Assembly: GCA_002269645.1 (NCBI GenBank)
Contig: NIVC01002136.1
Span: 124,001-188,000 of the forward strand
Source of the DNA: Macrostomum lignano
Lineage: Eukaryota
DNA: 64,000 nt
Direction: 5' to 3'
Shown here: positions 13,301 through 23,789 of the stretch, one piece after another
Layout of the letters: each line of letters opens with the position of its first letter
Position numbering within the stretch: position 1 is the stretch's first letter
Program-made: the position numbers and the translations under genes
The notes under the pieces: model-generated
What the model was told of the DNA's origin: nothing
The model's input: only the letters and a program-made list of their open reading frames with translations
Database searches by the model: none

Positions 13301-15176
13301 CTTGCTGTCATGACGCGCGTATCCAAGAGTCAGGTTGACGTTGTACGCTTTCTAGGCTCGGGCGCGTTCGGTCGGGTGTTTGAAGGCTTTGTCCGCCTGC
13401 AAACCTCCTCTCCTAGAAAGCCCCGAAAGCAAGGCGCCTCAGCTGTGGGGGATGACTCCGACGATTTTGAGGAGCTGCCCTGCGCCGTGAAGATGGTGAA
13501 GAAGACGGCCAGCGCGCAGGAGAAGGCCGACTTTCTGCGCGAGGCGGCGCTGGCGTCCCGCTTCGACCATCGGCACATTGTGCGCTGCCTGGGCGTCTGC
13601 GTCGACTCCGATCCACACTTCATCCTGCTCGAGCTCATGGAAGGCGGCGATCTACTGGGCTTCTTACGCCGGTCTCGCGGCTGTCCGAGCGATCCCTGCG
13701 CTAAGCTGAGTCTGGCCAGCGTGGTGAAAATTATCCTCGACGTGGCGAACGGCTGCTGCTACTTGGAGTCTCAAAAGTTCGTTCACCGGGACATCGCGGC
13801 CAGGAACTGTCTGGTGACACAGCGTTCCGGCGAACTACTGGTCAAGATCGGCGACTTCGGTCTGGCTAGGGATGTGTACCGGAGCGAGTACTATAAGAAG
13901 GATGTCGGTCGGGCGATGCTGCCGGTTAGATGGATGTCGCCGGAGGCCCTGACTGATGGCGTGTTCTCTACTCAGTCGGATGTGTGGTCAGTAGCTTTGT
14001 GGTACTTTTGTACCGATGCTGCATTGTCAGACTACCGATTTCAAGCCATCAATAACGTCTCTTTCCAGGGCCTTTGGCGTACTCTGTTGGGAGTCACTGA
14101 CGTTGGGCCAGCAGCCCTACGCAGGAAAATCGAATGGTGAAGTGCTTCGCTTCGTCCGCAGCGGTGGCATTCTTGAACAGCCGTCAAATGCTCCAGAGCC
14201 GCTGTGAGGTTCTCTTGCACTTTTTAAATACTGTAAAACTTGAACAGATTGCTCAGTTCTCATGAATATCATTTAAATATGCAGCTACCACATGATGCTG
14301 ATGTGCTGGAAGCACGATCCAAGCCACCGGCCCTCATTCGCTGAGATTCTACAGTGTGTCGAGGGCTTCCACGTCCAGTCGCGTGACTCAAACAGTCCAT
14401 TTGCCGGGCCTATGAACAACAGGTGCTCCGCTGTTAGCGGCCTCCGGAGCAGACACGGTAAGCTTCCATTTTGTTGGTTTTAGCTCGCATTGCTATTGTA
14501 ACACGAAAGCTGACCTACAGAGCCTCCGCCCCGTCCAGCCTCTTCGGTGTACCACAACCAGCACGGCAGCGCCACGGGCTTAACCACACAGACGTCACTG
14601 ACGAGCCTAGGAAGCTTAGAGGGCGCCGTGGGTGGCTGTACGGGTTCGCCTATTCAGTACACGACTCTGATGTTGCGTGAGGGTCTGCAGCAGCAGCAAC
14701 AGCAGCAGCAACAGTTCTGCACCGTGCGTTCGCCAGCCCTTGGTCGAGTCAATATTTCTGCCGACTTCAGCAGTCCGCGCTCCCGACCGCCGCTCCCTCC
14801 ATCACAGCTGGTGCAGCAGCAGCAGCGCAGGCAACATTTGCACTACATCGCGCCTGTCGTTGGTAGCGATGAGGAATCCGACGTGAACGACTCTCTGCCC
14901 AGCAAGCAGCCGGCGCCCACCTGCAGGACTCAAGTGCCCGACGGCAATTCAACCTCTGATGACGATCGAGAATCCGACGCGGACAGCCAGCACGGCGACG
15001 GTGAGGAGGAGAGTTTGAGGCGGCCGTTCCTGCCGGCTTCCACTCGATCGATCGAGACGTCGTCCTCGACGGACGCCACAGCCGCAGGCGGAGGTCAACC
15101 CGGTGGTGCCAGACGACCGCTGATGGGCGTGGCGGCTTTTCAGACTCGGCCCGGGCCGCCACCAGAGTTTTGCTAA
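1399..15176 (+). CDS. ROS1: Sevenless/ROS1-like receptor tyrosine kinase, 5'-incomplete, multi-exon
   Basis: GT-AG exons join in phase: 1399-1610, 2027-2204, 3139-3549, 7756-7940, 8018-8603, 8699-9022, 9931-10511, 10709-10902, 10982-11253, 11366-11808, 11887-11947, 12038-12163, 12251-12553, 12751-12843, 13125-13986, 14069-14203, 14285-14457, 14521-15176. Product has YWTD-propeller-like segments (LVWTDG, DWLRDNLLW), FN3 domains (VEWPESSPPGLTRYLV; CWSPPDRANSRAHPVQEYRV; VWEAARDNGSPVSGY), one TM (FVTLTLLGALVLLLLGSLPLLAYFLC) and an insulin-receptor-family kinase. Confidence 0.88.
2285..3105. repeat. 41-bp minisatellite (GTTGGAAGCGAGATAACCAATGGTATGGAGTGTCTCTGACT), ~20 copies, intronic
   Basis: Direct tandem periodicity; fills most of the RTK intron 2205-3138. 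Confidence 0.96.
4047..4193 (+). mobile_element. tRNA-derived CORE-type SINE (family A), 5' half, interrupted by the RTE insertion
   Basis: A-box-like TAGCCTAGTGG and B-box-like GGCTCGATTCT, then GTGTCCTTAAGCAAGACACTTAAC...GTTGTAAAATG resembling the MIR/CORE domain; preceded by TACTAAGA (4039-4046), which recurs at 7551-7558. Confidence 0.8.
4142..5443 (-). CDS. Apurinic-like endonuclease (EEP) half of the RTE ORF, inverted
   Basis: Motifs RVGTLNCRTL, DVIALQEV, GGVG, AYAP, ILGDLNA, LDHVLV, SDHRLL; element-derived sequence ends at VWQD (4194) and reads into antisense SINE to a stop. Confidence 0.9.
   Translation of the reverse strand: MPLPPRGESGEPRLTAAAAKCGRTKRGQRSARRRVERRRERNWRGRQRGAARRAAAALAQLDLPGGAGDHEAHQHRAPAVPEGTLRVGTLNCRTLKATWRRGLLARLALDLSCDVIALQEVSIRANPGLHCEDLGAGWTLWYTSADERGRGGVGALIGPRLQQSCRCISLSSRLLRVDVRLRGRNTRLFCAYAPPATRSDEAQAFFEQLSVRVEEMAQRDTVVILGDLNAVLRRSERSLFVTARENGNTGALEDFLERQDMVSANTRFRKSPGRLATFVGCKRRRRNARGRNARGRNATRRLAQLDHVLVRFRERRRVTNCHTITPLALRSDHRLLICDLRLRDPLYRPPKRPPRRYYPALRDAETRRRFAGAFVTALGDKRGGAEYAEVSAAVRAAAEQTVPLMRPAQRGQSVWQDILQLGALKQCRVKCLA
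4194..7366 (+). mobile_element. RTE-clade non-LTR retrotransposon with inverted 5' half
   Basis: APE endonuclease ORF on - (4194-5443) and RT ORF on + (~5452-7320), short 3' UTR, (GTT)n tail, 11-bp TSD GTTGTAAAATG at 4183-4193 and 7367-7377. Confidence 0.92.
5452..7320 (+). CDS. Reverse transcriptase half of the RTE ORF (no native start; listed ORF begins inside the inverted segment)
   Basis: KALGPDEVP, IVAIPKKPG, EQNGFRPHR, FVDFRKAFDSV, GVLQGDTLAPFLF, YADD, FVYLG, RRRRLQLAGHVIR; uninterrupted to TGA at 7318-7320. Confidence 0.93.
   Translation, partial: TEAREDLERLRLSGRPTREAEEALAAVYLQRQQSAVDDAIQAVSAAGPDARGRVAWSAINTLTGRKRRIALNLAGDTPDERRNELREFFAAIVNAPPPPLPENLRLPPETPLPAEESFNVAPVSTADVVKFARQSPGGKALGPDEVPTEALRIHCVATEVARVMNRVLFGEVAPNEWTTAHIVAIPKKPGTTKLEEHRGICLQSCAAKLFNRMLLSRLQPVLDPYLRPEQNGFRPHRGTVTQILALRRVIEEARIRQLTLILIFVDFRKAFDSVVRDALPEVLRAYNVPELLISAVMALYHGTTAAVSTPDGLSDFFETSSGVLQGDTLAPFLFILVLDWVLRTALPSNDDGFLLRRRVGRRQPERRLSVLGYADDLALLSSTVEGAQRQLDRLVAVAASVGLVVNTQKTVVLCVPDDTEAAIFCRGADGQASELPRCQQFVYLGGLVPDVREDLRRRRGLAWAAFRSIRSVLQSEALPDRQRAALFQAVIETVLLYNAETWTLTDSLEAQVDAAHAGLLRAAFKIGNERVTNTALYHRAGLARPSDLLRRRRLQLAGHVIRAEAYCSEPVQEVLLLTLQAPYRRGQARTRRYVDCLLADAGAPDSAGGAAFVRAQALKRAI
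7367..7550 (+). mobile_element. 3' half of the CORE-type SINE (family A) with (ATT)n tail
   Basis: Continues GTAAAATG-GGTGCCAGG...CCAGTCCTTGGACTGAGCAGCC...GCACATCTGCC; the two halves are contiguous in the copy at 56190-56447. Confidence 0.8.
13125..13986 (+). CDS. ROS1: Main tyrosine kinase domain exon of the sevenless/ROS1-like gene
   Basis: GSGAFGRV P-loop, AVK lysine, FLREA, HRDIAARN, DFGLARDVYRSEYY, LPVRWMSPE, SDVW; continues AFGVLCWESLTLGQQPY in exon 14069-14203. Confidence 0.95.
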
Positions 15177-15197
15177 GCACAGCAGCACCGCTCAGAT

Positions 15198-15454
15198 CAG
15201 GGGTGTCACAGATTGTTTGGTGGAGGGAGGGCAAATCACAAAAAATTAATCACAGAGATTCTTTTTCCACCTGTTTGGTGTACCTGGCGCTTGCTTATTC
15301 TGGAGGGAAGTGTTCAAAGTTTCCAAAGTCATAAAATCTTTGTAAGTCTCCAAATTGGTTTGCTTTTTGCCACTCCATAGCTGCCCTAAAACCTACCCTA
15401 ATGCACTGTTGAAAAATGGAAGAGATGCAGCTATTACCTTACATGACACCCCTG
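15198..15454. mobile_element. hAT-like MITE in the RTK 3' UTR region
   Basis: Perfect 11-bp TIR CAGGGGTGTCA...TGACACCCCTG; 8-bp flanks match only 4/8, so the TSD is not confirmed. Confidence 0.6.
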
Positions 15455-16210
15455 ATACAGAGCAAAATGTTTTTTAAACCTCGCCCTTCGGAGACGCACA
15501 CTGTACTAGCTTTTCTACAGCGAGCTGCGAGTAGTAAAAGCATGCCATGACATTATCGCTACCAATTCATCAAAATAATTCGCTTTACAACACACTTCTG
15601 TGCCTGTAATAGCTCCGAATCATTCGCTGATAGCATGCATGCACCGAAAATTACAGTTTATTCGATTCTCCAAACTGCAATGAATTGCTTTATTTAACAG
15701 ACTTTCAAGTATTGATGAATAAACAAGAGACAGAGTGATACAAGCCGGTATTGAGATTCAGGCAAGAAGAGAAGTACTGCTAAATTTGACTGAATATTTA
15801 GACAGGGCACAGTTCGTAATTCAGATTTCATACAGACAGAAGACAAAATATGAAATTTTATAGAATAATTTTCGTGGTTTACAGGCGCATCGTTAGTTTT
15901 CGGGTCAGTCAAGTAAGTAAAATGTGAGTAAGAACAATTTGAATAAGTTCTTGCTTCTTAATTACTTTCACTAGTAGCTCGTAGTTTGAGTGCTATGATT
16001 TTTATACAAAGTGTCAAGTCTTTGAAAACTCCAGACTTACGTATAGCTTACGTACATGCAGTTCTAACATCTACGCAGTCTAACGGTTACGCAGTCTAAC
16101 ATCTTGTTTACAGCAATCTTGGGTCCTTTTGTGCAATTTGTCACCAGGAGCATGTAAAACAAGTCGTTCACAAGAAAGTCCAGCTCGATGCAGAAAATGT
16201 CCTGGTGTCG

Positions 16211-19200
16211 TCACAGACAATCGCTGGCATCGCCGGAGTTCAGCCGGCCCATAGTGACGGGCAGTGGTCCAGAGTCCACCCCGTCAGTGTCAATCAGGTG
16301 AATCTCGGGCACATCGACCGCCGCCGCTGCGGCCGAGGAGGCCTCTTTCATCGTTGTCGTCGTCGCCGTCTGGTCCTGCGGCTGCGGTGGCGGCGGCGGC
16401 GGCTTCTTCGGCTTCCTCCGCTTGACCTTCTGCGGCTTTGGCGGCAGCTGCGGCTTGTTTGGCTCCGTCGGCTGATCGATGGCAACAGAAATTGGCCGGA
16501 CGTAGCCGTCAGGGCTGTTGGTCATGTTCATTTCCAGGTAGCCGGGGTTCGACACGGGCCGGCTGGGTGGTTGGCTGGACAGGTAGCCGGAATTGTCGTA
16601 CACGCTCTCTTCGACCTTGTTGGAGCTGCCGCTGCTACGGCCGAGCGGCTGAGCCGTCGCCGGCCTCTGCTCGGTCGGTCGGGGCGCGTCAGGCACCGGA
16701 GGCTTGGGGCCCGTTTCGTTCAGCTGAATGGCTGTTTGTTGTGTTGGGGTTGAAGCGGAATTTCCGACAGAGGTGTACACAGTTTAAAACTAAAAAATAT
16801 GGGGGCGTAGCCCAGCGGTCCGGCGCGGCGCTCTGATGTGTAAGCGGGCCAGACTCGATTCCAAGTGCAGTCACATTAATTTGGGACTAAATTGGAATCT
16901 TGGCTTGGCTCTGCTCATGCAATTAACGCCCTTGAGGGCCAACCCCAAAGGCACAGTGAAGTGCACATGCCTAACGATAAATAAAGTTAGGGCCGCTGTA
17001 TTCACGCCTGTGTGAGTGTGTGCCTGTGTGTATGACTGCGTACGTATCCGCACGCTTGTGTGCCTGCTCAGGGGAGTCGGCGGAATGGGCAGTAATGCCT
17101 CTCGCTGGTTGTGTGACAATGTCGCTTAAAAAGCGTCTGGGTGCACACAGCTCCATGCCTCTGATAAAAAACATTCGAATTTTTATATAACTGTCAGTGC
17201 AGAACTATTTTTTAAACTGCAAGAGACCTGCTTCGTTTCTTTTTCGGGCTACTTTTCAGTAGGCGATCTCTATTGAATGCCTGTAGTATACATTCGCCTG
17301 TAAAAATAGCTGTTTTAAAGGATTGATTTAACGTTTACAGAATCAAAAAGCCTTCACGGCTTCAGTCGCTTGGAAGTAAGGAAATCACTTTTGTCTAGAG
17401 ATGAGTTGCTGAGTCTAAAATTCTAAAATGATCAAATGAGCGCAGGAAATTATCTAGACAACTTACTCGGTTCGTCAGTGTCAAGCATCTTGGATTGGCG
17501 CAGGTCTGCGTAGGTACCGGTGTCCTCCAGCTGGGTCTCCGGAGCAGCTGCTGTCGTGGTCCTCACGAGTTCGTACTCGGCGTCCAGTCCGGAAGCTGGC
17601 ACTGGTGCGGCTTGCCGCTCCGCAATGGCGGGCATCCGTGGCAGATTGGGATTTCGCGGCGGCAGGCGTGGAGAACGTTCATCTGGAGAAGCATTTTAGT
17701 TTAAACTTGTGCTCTGCAGCGTCACATTCAGTGCTGTTGTGAAGCAATGCAAGAACTCACCGCTGCCATAGTCGTACTCCTTTTCGGGTCCCCATCCGTC
17801 GAGGGTTCGTCGATCGTCGGTGGGCCACTTGACGTTGAGCTGTTGTCGGACGGCTGGCTTCGTCTGACCCTGCTCAAACTGCTGCTTCGCAGTGCGCTGG
17901 CGACAGACCAGAACTCGCCAGCCAATGATGACGGCAGCGGCCAGAAGCAAAATCAAGACGATGATGAGGAACACCCACCAGTAGCCGGCGACCGTTGCGT
18001 CGCACCGGTAACCACCAGGCAGATTCACGCATGCCTGTAAGGGTGATTCGGGTGCCAATAGGAAGGAAGATGTCAGGACAATTATCCAAGGACTACTCAA
18101 CTAGAAGAAGGGAAAACTACGTTTCATAGAAAACGTTAAGGAGGCTGGCTTTCTTCGAAAAATACACTACAGAGATAGCAAGTTTTCATTTTTTCAGCAC
18201 AAAAATTGCTATTGCTTTTGATAAAAGGCAGAAGCAATGTTCATCTTTTGATAGTCTTGCCTTTCTTATAGCTCTATTGATATTCATAAAGCTTTTCAGT
18301 TTTCATTCCTACTAGTTGAGTAGTCATTGCAGTTATCTAGTAAAAATCTGTAGTCTTTTAAACCGCAACAATGAAGCCGTAAGGCCGTAAGTTTTCAATT
18401 GCGACTCAAGCGCGTTTCTACTGGAGTACCTTCACTTTGATTGAATATTTTTGAAACTATTGAAGAGCGGCAATTGATGTCTGACACATGCGTGATGTCG
18501 GTGTCATACCGGGCCTGCAATCTGAGGTTATTATCGCTCACCTGTCCGAAGGTGCACGGATCGGAGCCAGCCTGGCACTCATTGCGGTCGGCCGTGCAGT
18601 TACGGCCCTCCCAGCCGGTGCTGCAGCTGCAGAGGTAGTCGCTAGTTGGCCCGAAGCTGCCAGCCTTCGAGGTGCAATTGCCGTTCACGCAGGGTCGCTG
18701 GTTGGCGCACGGGTTCAGTCTGGTGTCGCAGCGGGGACCTGCGGGGAATGAATGGGAATTTTGTTGGATTAGGCAAAGTAACAAATTTCTCAACTAAGCG
18801 CAGAACAGCATTCTCAACTGACATTCGGTGGGGAAAGAGCAGCTCAATGGTTAATAGCTCCGCCTGTCGCGCCACGACTCTCGGTTCGTCTCCTTGCGCG
18901 GTCACGACACACTAACCTGATTTGCGGCAGCCATCCAAACTAACCTGCAAGCTCCACTCTCGCTACCAACCATAAAAGATCATTGTTTCAGTAAAACTTC
19001 CGCTGTACATGTACGCGCACCTTCAAACCCTGGCTGGCAGGTGCACGTGTAGGACCCGTTCGTGTTCTCGCAGGCCAAGCGTTTCACGCAGTATCCTGGC
19101 CGGCTGCACTCGTCGATGTCCGTTTCGCACGCCGCGCCCTTCCAGCCGCTGTTGCACGCGCATGTGTAGTTGCTGGAGCCGACGTTGCTGCAGTTGCCAT

Positions 19201-22200
19201 GGTGACAGTTTGGCTTCATAGCCAAGCAATAGTCGGATATTTCGGAGCACAGAGGGCCTGCAGTAGCGAGAGGAGAAGCTATGAAGCTTTTACCGCAGTT
19301 CAGAACAGAAACTCCTTCCCGGATGTTGCATCCCTCACAACACTTGGTTTAACTCATAGAACTTGTGCCTTTCCATTCCATCAGTCCAGCAGTCCTTGGC
19401 CCTTCTCTCACCCGCCCAGATCTAGTCCAGCAGTCCTTGGCCCCCTCTCACCTGCCCAGATCTAGTCCAGCAGTCCTTGGCCCCCTCTCACCTGCCCAGA
19501 TTTAGTCCAGCAGTCCTTGGCCCCCCTCTCACCCGTCCAGCCGGGCCGGCAATGGCAGGCGAAACTGCCATTGGAGTTGACGCAGGCCGCGGTGCCGTTG
19601 GGCAGGCAGTCGCCCAGGCCGCCTTTGCTGGGCGCGGCGCACTCGTCGACGTCGCGGTCGCAGCGATCGCCGGTCCAGCCGTCGCGGCAGGCGCAGGTAT
19701 AGTTGGCTCCGGCGGACGCGTTGCCATTGCTGCAGTTGCCATGGAGACAAGGGTTGCTCGCCAAGCAGTAGTCGGATAAATTTCGACAGTAGCTTCCTGA
19801 GAGTAGAGGGAGTGGGTGAGTAGCGCAGCGGTTGTGCATCTCTGGTTCTCGCGCCAAAGTCCCGGGTTCGATTTCTTTTGGCTACATTAATTTTGGTTTC
19901 GTGTGCTAAAGTTAACCCGGGCCTTGATGCGTGATTTTAAGTCACAAAGACTGCACAAGCCCGCCGATGAGAAATTTTCGCTGTGCACCCTGTGTGCTCA
20001 GGGGTCAGCCGAATGAGCATGATTGCTCGCCGCCACGCCGACTGCGGTTCGCCTATCGCCTTGGCTTTGCAACGGCGCTCACAGCATTGGGACTAGTTAA
20101 AAATGGCCAATTATAACCAAGACTACAGGAAGTAGCCGTTTTAATTGTGTCCAAGGAAGCCCGCATGTTTAAAAAAGCTATTAACTATGAAGGCTAGTTA
20201 CTAAAAAGGTTAAAGAGGCTGCTAGCAAATAAAATTGTCAGTAAACTCACCAGACCAGCCGGCTTTGCAGTCGCACTCGAACGACCCGATCGAGTTCGTG
20301 CAGTTCGCCGTGCCCGCCAGGTTGCAGCCGCTCGGCCCGCCAGCGCACTCGTCGATGTCTGCGCTGCAGTTGGTGCCGCCGTAGCCGGGGTAGCAGTCGC
20401 AGATGTACACGCCATCGCTCGGATTTCTGCAGTTGCCGTTGCGACACGGCTTGTATTTGGCGCACGGGTTCTTGGGCAGCTCGCAGTGCCGGCCTGCAGC
20501 AGGCGGCGGGTCGAAAATTTATGGTTTTCTCTTTTTCCTATCCCTCACCTTTTCTCTCCTCTTTACAAAACCCATTTGCTTTGATCTGCTTCTCATGCTT
20601 CTCCATCCCTAATGGAGATCGGTCCTCGGTACGAACTCTCATCATCATGTAAACACCCAGCATTAGCGCAGGAAGCACACAGTGAACTTACCTGTGTATT
20701 CTTTAGTGCATTCGCACGTGTATCCGTCCGTGAGGTGATTGCAAGTGGCATTGTTCTGACAGAGAGGCGTTCCGCTGCAGTAGGTATTCTTGCAGTTTGT
20801 CGCTGGGTCCCAGTAGCCTACAATGAAGCCATTTTTGTCAACAGTCAACTAGTGGAAATACAATAGTCACAAGATATCACTCAGACATTTAATGTTAGCC
20901 AGAATAATACTATATAAGCTTAGCATCAAATTACCAGCAAGGCACTCCTTGTCCCCACTCGCTGAACAACTGTAGTGGCCTTCGATGCTGTTATCTGCCG
21001 GCTTGCAGTATTTATCACACAGGCCTGAATAGTAGTACTGGGCGCAGTAGATCTTGTATGACCAAGTTAGTGTTCTGTAGCGGCAGCAAGATTATTTAAA
21101 TAGGTCTTCTCGAAAGGGAATGCCAGCTTAAGACCCTGGAGCCTCGAAGTAAGGCTCTGAACGGAATCGGATGTCAATGGATAACTTTCGAGGGACTTCG
21201 GGGGATTTCACGCCCAGCTTAAGACACCTCAAATCTCAATGGATCACATTGATCTGAGCCTGATCTGATATTTCAGTTATATTATAGCATTCCGTCATCT
21301 ACACTTCCAACATTATTGGCTTTGCAGATGTCTCAGAAACTTCTCAATTGGTGCTGTAAACGTATTTCCTGAACTGTCTGGGACCTGGATGGGATGTCTC
21401 GGTGTTTCTCATTGACTGGTCTTGAAAGTTATCAATTGCCATTCGGTTGGGTCCGGAACTTTAATTCAGGCTCAACTACGGCGCTTAACATGATATCATC
21501 CCCTTAATATTTTGAATGAAAGAATCAAAGAAAAAACTGAGGAATTTCTCTTACTTTTCGAATTTTAATTTTGTTGTTACTGTCGTAAAGTCTGACGGAA
21601 CCACACCATTGAAGCTGTTGCTGCGAATGGACGAAGCCGGGGGGTCAAACAGCTCGTTCATTCTGATGTCGTCCACCTTCTGATCCGGAGTCGCGTCCAC
21701 GTCCCAGACGTCGATCCACACCTTCCAGTTATCGGCCTGTTTGATTTAAGTTAGGCTATTAGTCAGTCAGCTCCCAGGAGCTCTACTGACTAAGTGGTGC
21801 CTAACTGATCTCCCGTGACTAATTTCTATTTAACTTGTAAAACCACAGAGCCAGAAAAGTTTATTGACAGTTAACATTAAAATTTAACTCACAGTGATAG
21901 GAAAAGCTCCGGAAAAGCTGGCGCTGATTGGTGTTGGGCAAAAGTTGCTGACCTCGATTGTGTTCGAATACTCTGATGTTGAGCAATAAGATTTTTTCTC
22001 TTCGGATCTACAAATTTAAATATAGAGCTGTCAAACATTTAACACTGAGTCTTCACACAGAGTAGACTTTGAACGCATGCTTTGCGTTCATAATCGACTC
22101 GTTCATAAGCGAGATGCACAAATCTAGTCCATCGCCACTAGAGAGATGGATGACTTACCCAATTTTGTAACTGACCACAAATCTCAGGTCGCACGGGCTG

Positions 22201-22723
22201 ACACCGCCGAATGTGTCGCATTGCTCGCCCTCGATGAGCAAGTTGTTTGGATTTCTGTACTTGTCCAGTCGAAGTGTCAAATACCCATTCGACGAAGCTT
22301 TCTGTGAATTAGAAAAGATATAATGAGTTTTGTTTTAATGAATTAAAATTACGGCTCGTATTGTAGGATAAATGCAGCCTATAGCTACCTACCATGCAAG
22401 TAAGATATGATACGGCTGAATTCTACATGATGGGATGTGACACGACACGGTACAACACAATACATAACACGAGACAAGGCACGACACGACACGACACGAC
22501 ATCAGGACACGAGACAAGACATGACACGGCACGACACGACATGACACGGCACGACACACAACGTCTCCATACAAGACGCTAATTTCATGATACGAGTATC
22601 CTGTTGTGATACTTAATAATAAAACTAGTTATCAGAATTGTCTTTTACCTGACACAGACACAGCAGCAGCCAGAGGATCAAAATGAAGCCCGTAGTGCCG
22701 CTTGCAATCATTGAGTGTCGCAT
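16211..22723 (-). CDS. Delta/Serrate-like (DSL) single-pass protein: signal peptide, MNNL/C2, DSL, ~8 EGF (alternating Ca-binding), TM, long cytoplasmic tail
   Basis: Exons on -: 22723/22711-22649, 22301-22159, 22007-21893, 21736-21555, 21074-20935, 20817-20692, 20493-20251, 19796-19533, 19257-19021, 18738-18542, 18034-17761, 17682-17467, 16731-16211. MNNL-like YLTLRLDKYRNPNNLLIEGEQCD and KVWIDVWDVD; DSL CAQYYYSGLCDKYCKPADNSIEGHYSCSASGDKECLAGYWDPATNC; DIDEC/DVDEC EGFs; TM WWVFLIIVLILLLAAAVIIGW. Confidence 0.85.
16801..17165 (+). mobile_element. tRNA-derived SINE (family B), near full-length
   Basis: Head GGGGCGTAGCCCAGCGG...GACTCGATTCC (A/B-box-like); body shared with 30640-30895 and 37090-37411. 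Confidence 0.65.
19380..19532. repeat. 40-bp tandem repeat x~4 that duplicates an exon 5' splice site of the DSL gene
   Basis: CCCAGATCTAGTCCAGCAGTCCTTGGCCCCCTCTCACCTG; on the minus strand each unit contains (C/G)(A/G)G|GTGAGAG. Confidence 0.85.
19812..19885 (+). mobile_element. Isolated tRNA-like SINE head
   Basis: TAGCGCAGCGG...GGGTTCGATTTC followed by CATTAATTTTGG, similar to the family B head. Confidence 0.4.
22430..22560. repeat. Degenerate (ACACG/GACAC)n microsatellite
   Basis: Visible pentamer reiteration in the first intron of the DSL gene. Confidence 0.8.
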
Positions 22724-23789
22724 TGCAGATGAAATCCACAAGCCAGAAGACAGTTGCCAGAACAAGCTGCAAGTCTTCTTTCAAACGTTAATTTGGTTTC
22801 CAAGTGAGCTAACGATGCAATTGTTTTTATAAAGCCAGTTTAAATATACCGACTAAAGAGACTTGAAAAAAAGCAAAAAGAATTTAAAAAAACGTACTGT
22901 ACCTCGCCACAGCAGCAGTAGCAGCTGTTTACCTCGTGAAGGCAAGGCAACAAGCCGTGTGCGGTCTCTGTCTTCCAGGCACATCGGACCATCTTTTACG
23001 CCAACCTCACTCCTTGTAAGCCCCGAGCAGTGCTCATGTGAGCTGGATATAACGAAGCTGAGACAGAGAGGGGCAGAGGGGCGAAGCTTAGACTGTGCAC
23101 ATGCAGCAGTTGAAATGGCAACTTTGGTGCAGTGCAGTGATGCTTGCTATGCAGCCATTATGCACCGACCCCCAGGGCGCTCTCTGTTCTTTCTTCTCTG
23201 TCTTTAATATTTTCGTCTCTCGTTTCGCTTATGGAATTTCAATGCTCCATGACTCTTTAGCTGTCTGTAAAGCAGAAGTGCATTTTTGCCAACAAAGAAT
23301 AGAACCAGATCAACAGAATTGAGTCCAAAACTGTTGCTTTAGAGCTGAAAATAGACACTGAGTCACTGACTGACCGAAGTTGCAAGTAGCGTATGGCTTT
23401 TTCCGTTTGAGTAGTTTGCTTTCAGCTTGCTTGCAAAAATAATCATTGCTGGATTGCCGGAATTAGAGATGACGCGCCTCTGTGCTAAGGGTAGCGGCAA
23501 TCACACTAGCCGTCCAACTTACAAATGAGCTAAAAATGGAACATTTAAAAAAACTTTTTTAGGGCTTACCTTATTTTTGGCGATGATGGCTTTGGAAACG
23601 CGCATCGTCTGAGATCACGTGCTTTGACCATGTGACCGCAACACCTGTAGTTCCAGGCAGGTCACTAGCTTGGCTGCGAATGCACTTCCAACTTAAAAAG
23701 TTGAATCAGAAGCACCAATTTTAGTACTGGGCGTGCTTTCCGATGTGGAAAAGACTTTGGTCCCTGTTTCCCTCTGCACCGTCTCGATC

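Noticed and set aside
18405-18440. Second hammerhead-like motif on the minus strand (GTGAAGG-TAC..GTA-GAAACGCG-CT); weaker look-alike near 23580-23610
   Set aside because: Core deviates (no CUGA, no UH site) and stem I is absent
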